In this document: in pieces, positions 52,525-64,000 of the stretch | Layout of the letters: each line of letters begins with the position of its first letter | Position numbering within the stretch: the stretch's first letter is position 1 | NCBI RefSeq assembly: GCF_009834535.1 | Contig: NC_045697.1 | Span: 51,772,001-51,836,000 of the forward strand | DNA: 64,000 bases | Source of the DNA: Camelus ferus | Lineage: Eukaryota | Reading direction: 5' to 3' | The notes under the pieces: model-generated | Told to the model about the DNA's origin: nothing | Seen by the model: only the letters and a program-made list of their open reading frames with translations | Database searches by the model: none | Position numbers and translations under genes: made by a program

Positions 52525-55500
52525 TAGGGTTATTTGCCTGCAAACAACAGAATATAGCTGTACTAACTTAAGCGAAGAAAACAGGAATTAATTGAAAAAT
52601 CCTGTGTGGTTCAAAGAATCAAAGAACTGAACACATAAGTGTTAGACTTACAAAAATGAGGCAACTTTGAGACATTCATTTGCAGAGTCATTGAGGTGCT
52701 CTCTGAGTGCTTTTGTTGGATGAGTCAGTTCCATCAGCTTTCAGTCATTTTAAGTCTCTTCTAAGGATTAAATTGTAAAAATGGAATCTGGTTGCTTTAG
52801 CAAAGGTCCTGTGATTGGCAGTTTGTCAAAGTTGCCTTCATATATGCTAAGCATAGAAAAATAAGTAGATTCTGCCTTTTGATTCCAAGGCCCCTCTTCC
52901 CACCATATATACAATTCTGAAAATTCCCCTACCTAATATAAATGTGGAATTCCCTGAACATAGATACAAGTACTCTTGTATCCCAATGGAAGAGATCCTA
53001 AAATCATACCTGTTAAGGCGTCACTGTTCTTCAGTCTAGGTGATAGCTATTTTTCCTCCAGGTTTGTTATATTATTATCTAAATATTCTGTAACCTATAA
53101 ACCAAATGGTAAATAAAGATACCCCTTTACTCACCATATAAGTGAGAAAAATTACAGAAGTATTTATTTGTAGTATTGCAAGTTTGTTTTCTTCAAGTGG
53201 CTTCTGGGTCAAAACTTATATTTATAGTTTCTTTTATTCACTCTATATTCTCCTTGTATTCACCAAGCATCTTAGCCATTGAGGAATTTAAAATAACGTG
53301 GGCATTCAGTTTCAACTGCCCATACAATGAAACTATTGTGTTTCCTGACAAAATATTCTTTTCTGTGTTATTAAAAAAATCAAAATCAGTAGTACTCAGA
53401 ATCACAGAGTTAGGGGGAAACTGGTATTTAGTCACTGAGGTGTCATTTTTAAAGATTCAACTCCTTGGTTCATGAACCTTGTATTCTGGCATTTGTTGAA
53501 ACAGTCACTAGTTCATAGCATAAAATAGACAAGAGATTAACTCAGTCTCACAAAGTTTTATTTCCGAAATAGAGCTTTTTAAAAGGCATTCTTTTGGGTA
53601 CATAGGGGGGAAAAGGTATGAATCTTAAATGTTAACCTATTGCCTTGTTCTTTTGCTTGAATTGAACTTGGATGTTGGAGGAATTATTATGTAAGATACA
53701 TAATGGTTGTGTAAGGAATTTAGATATGATAAGGAACACTTATGTTAAGCAATAAAAGTAGATCTAAATCCCAAACAAGTTTCTGTTTCAGTGAGAACAA
53801 TTGCTTAATCTTCCACAGTGAAATTAGATGGAATAGGCATTCTGACCGGCCCTTTTAATATGATGCTTTCCCTTTGCCATGGCACTTACATGTACTGTAA
53901 TTGGGTTACTGGTGTGCTGTTATAATGATTACCCCCAACCTTTGGCACTAAGTATTCTTGTCTGTTTGCTCTAGCATGCCATACAGGTTTTATCATTAAC
54001 TATGTGTGCTGTGATGTGAAAAAGGTTATGAGGGTATCTTCCGTCAATGTATGGCATCATAGTGGGGATGGCTCCTGTACCTGGCAAACTGAACCATCAG
54101 CAGTGGAGAGATTCAGACCAGACTTGAAGAGGTTAAGTTCATGTTGTTGATCCCATGTCTTATTCACTGCCAAGCTGGCTGGACAAGGAGAATCACTGAC
54201 ATGTACAGGAGGAGTTATCTTGTCCATCTGACTGAGAAGTTGTTCTGTAGGAAATGTCTAGTGATGATTTATAGGGGATACAGAAATTTTCAGATTATGG
54301 TTACATTCCAAAAATTCTATCCCAACTTTTCCTTTAAACTTCTTGGTCACCAAAATTCCAATTTTATTTTTTCCCATGACTCTGGTTACTTAGGTAGATA
54401 ACCCAGGAATTGACAAGTAGATCCTAACCTTGGACTGTTTATCCTCCCACACAAAGTCACAAATGCTGCATAGTGATTAAATTCAGCTGACTCTAAATTA
54501 TCATTCTTCATCGTTTTTTCACTCTGGCTTTGAATGGGCCTCTAACACTTCCACGTCCACTTCAGCATAATCTCTGTATATCCTGCTGAAGTATCAAGAC
54601 AGACTAGAAGTTTTTCATCTTTAGTTGATTAGTAAAGAGGAACTCCCAGGAGCATATTAGTGTGAATTAGGGGAGAGGCAGGAAAGTGTTAGGAACAGGC
54701 ACACATGCGGTGTCATGTGAACAAAATGATCAACAATTTGTGCCTTCAGGACCTGATCCCATATAATGATCAATTTTGTTGAATGATGGAGTTGGACTGC
54801 TGTTGGATATGCCAGTCAAAATAGCAAATTAATTAGATAACACTCAATTCAGGAAGAATAGATTGCATGGTTACCTGGCATCCCATGGTCAGACATTCAG
54901 TATCGCCAGAGATCAGCAGGATTGAAGAAGCTATTTTCTTAAAAAAGAAAGTTTTTCGCTTGTGTGTACTTGGCCTTATTACTATACCATAAAACACCCA
55001 AAGGCTCTGCTGTGATTCTCTTACTGAAACTGACCACAGTCTTTATATGGCACGCCAGTCTGTGCGGGTTCTTCATATTCTATTTGGTTGTCTGATCACA
55101 GTGACTAAGAATAGAGCAACTTGCACTGTGCCTTGGGCTAGCAAGAGAACCCCCCTTTTTTTGCCCTGGGCCCCTCAAAACCGGTAGCTTTTAAAAATAA
55201 TGTGGAGAGTGGGTCAGTAATAAATGTGACTTCCAAAGTCAGAATGGCTGAGAAGGTGTTCTTACTTCTCAGTGGTTGAGTATTCCATAGGTAACAACTT
55301 GTCCTTCTCTATGGAAGAAATATGTTGACATGCTCTAAACCAATGAGTCCTTAAAAACTACTGAGGTAGCAAGATCATGTATTTCTGTGGGATTTATTTC
55401 TCAGTCTCTGCCACACATTTGTTTTATAAAGTCATCTGTGGTAACTGCTGCTTCTTGCTCTCTAGAAGCCGTCAGGAATATGAATTCAGTATTGTAGACT

Positions 55501-56330
55501 AGAAGGGTGCGCTGTGGGATTGTGTGAGAGAGATTTGTTAGATTCCTGAGGCAGAATGACAGGTATACTGCTAGCGCTGCCCAGTAAAGACAGTTTGCTA
55601 GTGGTGTTCTTGTCTTAACAGAATAGAGGGGAAAAAGCAGTCCACTTATCAGATGAAACCTGCATTATGCGAAGCAGGCTTTGTTAATTTGATCAGGTCA
55701 GCAAACAATATCTGGAACAGCAGCTATATAATTATAATCACCACTTTATCACTTTTATAAAAACCCACTATCATTCTTTAAATCCCATCTGCCTTTTGCA
55801 CTTACCCAAAGTGAAGTGTTAAATGGAGAAGTGACAGGAATCATCACTCTTGAATCCTTTAGGTCTTTGAGTTTATCATTTTCTCTGAATGGCTCGATAG
55901 GAATACAGTAATTTAAAAAAAAAATTACTGTTTCTAAGGAGTCAGCGCCTCAATGGCGTCTACAAGTCTTCTGTATCATAATAGTTTTTGTACCACAGTC
56001 AGGAAGCTCATTTGGGAGTTTGAGTATTCTGATGACTTCTTAGGATATACATTTCAATATATCCTTAGAATATTGTAAATATCTATAGAAAGTTCTTGGG
56101 TATCCACTGGCCCTACAGTAAAATGTATTCAGGTTAGAATCACTCACATACTCTTTGATCGACACAAAGGCCTTCTGTGTCCTCACCAACTATTACTGTT
56201 TTATAGTAACGTGCTCTGTTGATTGTTTCCATCCCCACTGATCCAGAATATATATGATGGTTGAGAAGGCACGAGGAGGAAAAGGATTTGGGCAGATAAA
56301 AACAGTGGCTATCCATTGGACAACCTGACT
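52525..56330 (-). mobile_element. Degenerate ERVL/MaLR element with LTR-like ends and an internal pol-related remnant
   Basis: MLT1-type LTR 3' end at ~52525 (tttgcctgcaaacaacagaa...taacttaagc). Minus-strand peptides DTECLTMGCQVTMQS (54860-54904) and GPEGT (54739-54753) resemble ERVL/MaLR ETERLTMGHQVTM...AGPEGT. An MLT1-like LTR start lies near 56325. Confidence 0.55.
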
Positions 56331-56907
56331 GGGGGATGGTGCTAATGATAATACTAATAATGTAAGTAATAATGACATGTGAATACCACTTTATACTATA
56401 TGATATGCATTGTCTCATTTGATCTTTATAAGAATCTTATGAAGATTTTCTTTAGTATCACAATGATTATCACCACTTTTATTGTGGAAACTGAAGTGAA
56501 TAATGATACCATAGATTCTCAGAATTTCAGAATAGATAATTGGTATATGCAGAACTCGAGTCCCATATTTGTGATTAAAAATTAAATGCTGTTTTCAGTC
56601 TATCATATATTCTAGACTATCGACTCCACGACTGATTTGAACTTATTTCTTACAAAATCATGGAATGTGAGCAAGGAAAGAAATTTTGATGACTGGGTGA
56701 TCTCTGAATGATTTATCTGGCCCACAGGTTTATTAGGCATTTTCATTTACCTGGATAACTACTTGTACAAGAGAAGTTACTTGCCAGAAGTCCAGTATGT
56801 GAAGGGGATGGAAGTGAGCTGTGCCGTGAGGGTCTCAGCCACTGGCTTGCCTTGCCCCTGTGGCCTCTGGAAAGAGCTTGATTCAGGATCACTGGTTGGA
56901 TAGCTGG

Positions 56908-57382
56908 TGTGGTAAGAAGGATATTAAGACGGCCCCAGGATTTCCACCCATTGGTATATATTCCCTGTATAATCCTCTCCCCTTGAATGAGAGCAGAACC
57001 TGTGAATGATGGCATATCAAAAGGCAATGATTCTGCGTGGGCTTGACCTCAGTAGAGAACCTCGTTAGGAGCAGGTGAAGTGTTAGAGAGCTGTGCTCCT
57101 GCTAGCCTTGGAGAAAATAAGACGCTATGTAGTGAACTGCCTGTGCCGCCTTGTGACAAGACATTAAGCTGAAGCCACCTAGGCTTACAGTCAGCAAGAA
57201 AACTGGGCCCTTAGTCATATAGCCACAAGGAAGTGAAGTATGCCAACAACCCAGACTTTGGAAGAGAACCCCAAAGTTTAGATGAGGGCCTCAGCATGAC
57301 TGCTGACATCTTGATTTCAGGTTTGTGCAAACCTGAAAAAACAATACAGTTGAGTCCTGTTCAGACTCTGACCTATAAGAAC
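56908..57382 (+). mobile_element. MaLR solo LTR (MLT1D/E-like)
   Basis: tgtggtaagaagg...ccctgtataatcctctccccttgaatg...cagtcagcaagaaaactgggcccttagtcatatagccacaaggaa...gacatcttgatttcag. Confidence 0.75.
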
Positions 57383-57604
57383 AGTTCTGCCATGGCTCAA
57401 GGTGGCAGAGCTGCTGGCAATGGAAGTATGTCACATCAGATGGCAACTTGGAATACTGCTAGGTTGACATAGCTTTGGAAAAGGCTGGACAGAGAGGCAG
57501 ATGGATATCAGTCATGCTCTGTGAGTGCTGTGTCCTTTCTCTTTAGTAATCTAGGTAGGCCTTTCTAAACTGATGTTTCAGATCTGGAAAATGTAAAAAC
57601 AAAT

Positions 57605-57658
<54 letters not shown>
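57605..57658. repeat. (ATATAC)9 hexanucleotide microsatellite
   Basis: Nine perfect copies followed by short (CA)n and (TA)n runs. Confidence 0.95.
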
Positions 57659-57663
<5 letters not shown>

Positions 57664-57674
57664 TACACACACAC

Positions 57675-57770
57675 ACATATATGTATAACTTATACATATA
57701 TATATATAACTAAATCACTTTGCTGTACACCTGAAACTAACATTGTAAAGCAACACAACGTCGATAAATT
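57675..57770 (+). mobile_element. L1 extreme 3'UTR fragment, sense orientation
   Basis: ataactaaatcactttgctgtacacctgaaactaacattgtaaa closely matches the reverse complement of the L1 tail motif at ~10145-10205. Confidence 0.75.
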
Positions 57771-58134
57771 TTTTTTAACTTTTATTTCTGAGCAGGCTTT
57801 GACAATACCCAAGTGGAGTTATTCTGCAAGAATATATAATCTTAAATCCTTTTCCCCTTTTGATAGTTCTCTAGTGTCCTGAAACTTCTTATATGAATTC
57901 ACATGGAATAAAGAAACAGAGGAAGAACCAAATATGCTCATGCAGTATCTTTTAATTAACAAAATGTGGGCATTTGGTCATTCAGAGACACCATCCTCGG
58001 CAGTGCAGTGTAAGAAAAATATGAAGCATTTTGTATCTTCAAAGGAGGTACTGGCTTTATTCAACACCTCTGGCTGGTGGACCTTGGAGGCAGTAACATA
58101 CTCATTTTTCAGATGAGGAAATGTACCCTTAGAA

Positions 58135-58308
58135 CAGAGATTCTCAAAATCAACAACATCAGCCTTACCTAGAAACTAGTTAGAAATGCACGTTTCAGGC
58201 CCCCGGCCAAGACCTATGGATCAGAAACTATAGGGTTGGGACCAAGTGGTCTGTGGTTAACAAGCCCTCCAGGCAGCTATAATGCACTCTCGTGTTTGGG
58301 ACACACTG
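58135..58308. mobile_element. MER5A MITE inserted in a MIR fragment
   Basis: cagagattctcaaa...gttagaaatgca...gacctatggatcagaaact...ttaacaagccctccagg...gtttgggacacactg. Confidence 0.75.
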
Positions 58309-58842
58309 TCTCAGAGGGTCAGTGACTCAGGCCTTCAGTGATGTTCAGTCTGGGCTCAGAGCCAGGGCCTTCTCCACCTTACCCTTCTGCCTCCACAGTA
58401 ACAGGTATTTGTCGAATGTCCAAGGTAATTTGGAATAATTATGTGTAGTCTGTGTTGGGGTTAACACTAGATGCTGTCTTGATAATATCCTCATATTATA
58501 GGAGCTGTCCAATTTAAACATAAAGCAGAGACAAAGATGAAAAAACAACTGCTGTATCCTGCTACTTCCATGTATGTAAATACCTTTCTTCCCCCTGTAT
58601 GTGACATTGTGAATGAAATTTTTCTAATTTCAAACATTTACCCTTTTGTGTTTTACTTATATTTAACAGTATATGGCACTTACATATAATCTGTTACGTT
58701 TATTTCAGCATACGTATTTAAACTTTCAGACTCTAATGGATATTACCTAATGATCCTCTTTTGATATTCATCTTAAATTTACCTCTCTTGTATTTCTATT
58801 GCTGCCATATCTCTGGTGTGTAGCATTTTGCCCCTTTTCTTC

Positions 58843-59388
58843 TTTTTTTAAAATAATTAATTAATTAATTTTTAAATTGAAGTATAGTCAGTTATAATGT
58901 GTCAGTTTCTGGAGTACAGCATAATGTTGCAGTCATACATATATATACATATATTTGTTTTCATATTCTTTTTTGTTAAAGGTTATTACAAGATGTTGAA
59001 CATAGTTCCCTATGCTATACAGGAGAAATTTGTTTTTCTTATCTATTTTTATATATAGTAGTTAGTATTTGCAAATCTCAAACTCCCGAATCTATCCCTT
59101 CCCACCCCCTTTCCTCTGGTAACCATAAGATTGTTTACTATGTCTGAGAGTCTGTTTCTGTTCTGTAAATGAGTTCATTAGTGTCTTCTTTTTTCTTTTT
59201 TTAGATTCTACATATGAGTGATATCACATGGTGTTTTTCTTTCTCTTTCTGGCTTACTTCACTTAGAATGACGATCTCCAGGTCCATCCATGTTGCTGCA
59301 AATGGCATTACTTTATTCTTTTCATGGCCGAGTAGTACTCCATTGTGTAAATACACCACAGCATCTTTACCCAGGCCTCTGTCAATGG
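58843..59388 (-). mobile_element. Young 5'-truncated L1 3' end
   Basis: ORF 59201..59413(-) KNKVMPFAATWMDLEIVILSEVSQKEKEKHHVISLICRI; approximate direct repeat ccctt(c)ttcttc on both flanks. Confidence 0.92.
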
Positions 59389-59689
59389 AGCCCTTCTTCT
59401 TCATCTTGTACATTGATATCTAGCTTTGCAGCCTTCCCCTTTGTCTCTGGTATTTGCCTCTATAGGATTTTATGCCACATAACGTCCTGATTATAGCTCT
59501 GGGCCCTTCCTTAATTTCTTTTTTTTTGAAGGTACAAAGAGACTCTTGGCAAAATTCATGATAAGAGTAATTATTTTTCTCCTTTAGAGCATAATGATTC
59601 TTACACTGGAATATATTTTAATCTAGTTCCCTCTGTCAAAATTTCAGAGTTTTTCCCCACCTACTAAAAGTACATCCCTTTTCATGGAC

Positions 59690-60040
59690 ACAGATCTTTA
59701 GTCTGTCATGCAAGTTCCTGCCTGGTATGATCCACTGCCTAATTATCATTCTTTAGATCCTGGCTAAATGTCACTTTTGGGGAAGGCTTTCCTGACCCTG
59801 CAGACTAGGTCAGGTCAATCATCATACGCCCTGGGAGTGCCAGGTACTTTCTCTTCCCAGCACTCATTACAGTCTGTAATCACGTATCTATGCACTTACT
59901 TGTTCAAGCTCCATCTTTTCCATTAAAGCTCTTGAAGGGCCAAGAATCTTTCTGCTTTACTCATCATTTACTTCTTAACACCTGGCAGAGTGCTGGGCAC
60001 TTAGTAGGTACTCAGGAAATATTTGTGGAATTGAATGGAC
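59690..60040 (+). mobile_element. L2 3' end
   Basis: aagctcttgaagggccaaga...cagagtgctgggcacttagtaggtactcaggaaatatttgtggaattgaatg. Confidence 0.75.
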
Positions 60041-61189
60041 TGAACTCCCAGAAATACATTGGCTGCTTGGGGGCAATTCCTTGTGCTAAAGTCAAGTTTG
60101 CTGGACCGATTTGCTGACACACAGGGATGAAACAAAGTATTTACTCAGGATCACCAGAAACCGGTTACTGAGTCACGGTTATGGGGCAGAGAGTCAGTGC
60201 CTCGCCCAAGATCTGAAGGGTGAGATAAGCTAGAAATAGAAGAAATGGAAGAATTGGTAATAAAATAGATAGCCAGGAAGGCCTAGGTCAATAAGAAATA
60301 TTGTGGGAGGAAACATTCTCGGAACCAAGACTGCAAACAGCAATTTTCCGTGTTGTAACCTGTGAGATCTGGGAAGCATTTCTGAAGACAATAGTGAAGA
60401 ATCAGAACACTAAAGCTTAGGTAGTGGCTTTTGGGGTTTCTTAGAAATACCTACTTTCATTTAGAGGTAGTAATTACTTATATCAAGGACAAGAGGTTTA
60501 AAGGATTCTAATCACTAGAATTCAGGGTGCTAGTGAGAGTACTTCTTTGCTAGCCCTTTCTGTTGTCATTTTTTTGATGTCATAGTAACAGCTTCCAAAT
60601 TTAAAAATAAATTCCTTTCACAGCATTTTAAACCAAGCAACTATGCAAAAATATAATCAGTCACCTCATTCTCTTGAAATATATAACTGAAATAGCAATA
60701 AATAATTCACCAATGTGGACAGGATGGAAGAAACAGAAGTGGAAGAAAATTTAGTGTAAGGAAAAAATATAAAAATCTATTTATAGAAACGTTTATATTC
60801 ATATTGCCTAGTTAATAATTAGTGACATCTTTTACTTTCTTCTATTTATAACTTTCTTCTCCCTTCTGCCACATAAAATTATCCAATTTTAAATAATTCA
60901 TATGTATAATAATTCTAGTGCAGTCCTGAAGGAGATGATCCCTTGCGACTGGTTTTCTTTGCTTCTAGGTTAGTCGCTTAATGCTAAAAACAACTCTTGG
61001 CTTGGATGATTGAAAGCATAGCTAGAAAATAATAATAAAAAATTCTATACCAGAAAAAGGAAGCTATTCCCAAACATGTTAAACAAGTAGTCTGCCACCC
61101 AGTTTTTTTAATTAAATAAATATATGTTTTTAATTTTGTTACAATAGAAAATATATAGAATGACATTTGCAGTTTTTCTTCATACTGCT

Positions 61190-62530
61190 AACATAGTCAT
61201 ATGTAGTCATAGTTTTTACATTGACTTTATATCCATCTTCCTTGCTAAATTCAGTTGTTAATTTTTACAGTTTATCCATAGACTCTTTTGAGTTTCTGGA
61301 TAGGCTTTTCATTACAAATTTAATTTCCTTAATAGATGTAGTACAATTTATATTTTCTCTTTCTTCTTGTATCATTATTAGTAAGCTGAGTTTTTTGAGA
61401 AATTTATTTCTTATAAACTTAAAAAATTTATTGGCGTAAAGTTGTTTGTGATATCTTCTTATTTCTAAGGTTTTTTTAAGGATATGTAATGACCTTATTC
61501 TCTTTTTCATTTCTTGTATTTGGAATCTGTACTTGTCTCTCTCTGATCTTTATAGAAGTCTTCAAATATTACATCATTCTTTCCACAGATTTATTTTTTG
61601 GCTATTTTTTAAATTGTTTATTTGTTTCTATTTTATTTCCACTTTTCCCTCTATTATTTTATCTAGTTTAATGACTTTAATTTTTGTTCCATTTCTAACT
61701 TTCTGAGATGAATATTTAGGAAGCTGGTATTCACCCCTTCTTCTTTTCCTAATTTAGGTATGCAAGGTTATACATTTTTCCTCTAAATGCAGCCTTATGT
61801 GTGTCCCACAAATTCTAATATACTATTATTCAGTTCAAAATGGTTTCTGATTTCCACTGTGATGTCTTTTTCAACACGTAGTTTATGCGTGTGTTGCTTA
61901 ATTTTCACGTGTAAAGTTTTTTGGTTGTCTTTTTGCTTTTGATTTCTTGCTCAAATCCATTATATGGGGAGAACACTGAATGATTTCAAATTTGTTTACA
62001 CTTGTTTTATGGCCCAGCATATTATGGTCCAAAAATAGACAAATGTTCCATGATCATTTGAAAAGAATGTGAATTCTGTCATTGTTGGATACAATGCTGC
62101 TTGTTACCAAGTCAAGTTTGTTGACTGTCTTGCTTATATCATCTAGAAATGTACTGTTTTTTCCAAATCTGTTTGTTCTTTAGTTAGTGTTAGTTTTTTA
62201 AAACTATCCACTATAATTAAAGGGTTTTTTCATCATTTTAGTTTGGTCAATTTTTGCTTTACATATTGTAAAGCTATATAATTAGTTGCATGTGAATTTT
62301 AAATTGCTGTATCTTCCTAGTTGGTTGAATTTTAAAAATCTTATAAATGGCTTCTTTATTTTTAGTAATGCTCCTTGCTTTAAAGTCTAGCTTTCCTGAT
62401 ACTAGTGTAACTACATCTGCTTTATTTTCTTTAGTATTTGCTTGGTGCACCTTTTCCCAAACTTTCATTTTCAATCTCTCTGAATCTTAGTATTTAAGGT
62501 GTGTCTCTTGTAAGTGGTATATTGCTGGCT
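61190..62530 (-). mobile_element. Ancient L1M ORF2 5' part (endonuclease/Z region)
   Basis: ORF 62274..62474(-) KVWEKVHQANTKENKADVVTLVSGKLDFKARSI (L1 endonuclease) and ORF 61265..61510(-) IRRYHKQLYANKF...QEERENINCTTSIKEI. Confidence 0.85.
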
Positions 62531-62603
62531 TAGAATTTTGGTGCATGAGCATCTTTATTTTTTTTAATTCAAAAATATGTATTCAGTTTCCACTTAATGG
62601 AAT

Positions 62604-63529
62604 TATATTAGTCTCCTAGAGCTTCCAAACATAGTAGCACAAACTGGGATTCTAAAAACAGAGATTTATCCTCCTGCAGTCTGTAGGCTGGATGTCTGAA
62701 ATCCAGGTATCAGTAGGATTGGTTCCTTCTGGAATTTCTGTGGGAAAATCTGTTCTATTCCTCTCTTCCATCTTCTGGTGTTAACAGGCAAGCCTTAGCA
62801 TTCCTTGGCTTGTAGACACATTGTTCCCCACTTCTGTTTTCACATGACATTCTCCCTGTATGTCTGTGTCCAGATTGTCCTCTTCTTATAAGGACACCAG
62901 TTACTGAATTAGGGCACACCCTAAGTCAGTATGACCTCCTTTTAACTTGACTACATCTGCGGTGATACTACAGATGGTCCCCAACTTACAATGATTCGAC
63001 TTACGATTTTCCACTTTATGATGCTATGAAAGTGATATGCATTCAGGAGAAACTGTGTTTTGAATTTTGAATTTTACTGTTTTCCCAGCCTAGTGACATG
63101 CATACAATACTGTCTTGTGAAGCTGGGCAGCTCCCAGTCAACCACACAATCATGAGGGGAAACAATGGATGACACTTAAAGCCATCTTGCAACCATCTTG
63201 TTTTTCACTTTCAGTACAGTGGTCAATAAATTATATGAGATATTTAGCACTTTATTATAAAATAGGCTTTGTGTTAGGTTATTTTGCCCAAATGTAGGCT
63301 AAAGTAAGTTAGACTAGGCTAAACTATGATGTTCAGTAGGTTGGTGTATTAAATGCATTTTTAAATTAAAGCATAGTTGACTTACAATATTGTGTTAGTT
63401 TCCTTTATTGACATCACAATATTTTCAGCTTAGGGGTCTGTATCAAGACATGACATCATTGTAAGCAGAGGAAGATCTGTACCAGGGCCTAGGATTTTAC
63501 TATATCTTTTGGCAGGTTCAACCACAACA
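62604..63529 (-). mobile_element. MaLR LTR (MLT1A/B/C-like), split by a Tigger insertion
   Basis: tatattagtctcctag...cacaaactggg...gtctgaaatccaggtatcagtagg...cttcttataaggacaccag...acatctgc; resumes at 63482 with ccagggcctaggatttt. Confidence 0.8.
62971..63479. mobile_element. Tigger4 (Zombi/MER46)-like MITE
   Basis: Terminal inverted repeats cagatggtccccaacttacaatg / cattgtaagcagaggaagatctg, with TA on both sides (62969-62970 and 63480-63481). Confidence 0.85.
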
Positions 63530-64000
63530 ATAGTTATTGATATATCTGGGATTGAATCTGCCATCTTACTCTTTTCCTATTTGTCTTGCCCCTATTTGTC
63601 TTCCTCTTTCTCCATTTTCTTGCCTTCTTTTGAATTACTCAAGTATTTATTATTCCATTTTCATCTTTTATTAGCTTAAGTGTTTTTTTAATGCATATCC
63701 CAAAATTACAATATTCACACTTTAATTATTATAGTTTAATATAATTTTGATACTTCCTAGGGAAATGCTAGAATATTAGACCAATTAATCTCATTTACCA
63801 CTCCCTACCAACATTTCATTGTTGTTGTGATATGTTTTAAGTCTGCATATATTTTTTCAACTCCCCAAAATGGCAAAGATTCATTTTCATTGATCTGTTT
63901 TTTCTGGCGCTCTTCTTTCCTTTCTGTACGTTTTCATCAGGAATCACTTTTCTTTGGTTTTGAAGGACTTCTCTTAGTATAACTTTTCCTGAGGGTAAGC
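63530..64000 (-). mobile_element. Continuation of ancient L1M (inter-ORF region)
   Basis: gttattgatatatctgggattgaatctgccatcttact...; similar in style to the L1M segment at ~49020-49540. Confidence 0.5.

Noticed and set aside
16929..64000. Next ADAMTS3 exon (expected to encode the furin site and the start of the catalytic domain)
   Set aside because: I found no matching sequence by eye; it probably lies beyond the window, although a manual scan could miss it
1..64000. A novel multi-gene or prokaryote-type system (CRISPR, operon, defence island)
   Set aside because: The sequence is mammalian intron with a single exon; I saw no repeat-spacer array, gene cluster or intact long ORF

Overview
AT-rich mammalian genomic DNA, most likely camelid (camel, alpaca or llama), judged from a Vic-1-like tRNA-derived SINE and artiodactyl-type L1 3' ends. 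I saw no Alu, Bov-A/BovB, PRE-1 or Can-SINE. The window appears to lie inside the ADAMTS3 gene on the + strand. It contains one 157-bp internal coding exon (16772-16928, pro-domain, AGMIKSDNDEYFIEPLERGKQMEEEKGRIHVVYKRSAVERAPVDMSQDFHYR) flanked by very large introns. The rest is intronic and rich in transposon fossils: young 5'-truncated antisense L1s with target-site duplications (TSDs), old L1M, L2, MIR, MaLR/ERVL LTRs, a degenerate ERVL/MaLR internal region, and hAT and Tigger MITEs. The ORF-track entries I could recognise are L1 fragments; the rest look like chance ORFs. I found no convincing previously undescribed biological system. The most notable observations are an in-frame competing 5' splice site inside the exon, an unexplained 43-bp direct repeat upstream of the exon, a twin-priming (5'-inverted) L1, a four-layer nested insertion, an ERVL/MaLR pol remnant and a candidate CTCF site. 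Repeat subfamily names come from recalled consensus sequences and need RepeatMasker/Dfam confirmation; boundaries of old repeats are approximate.
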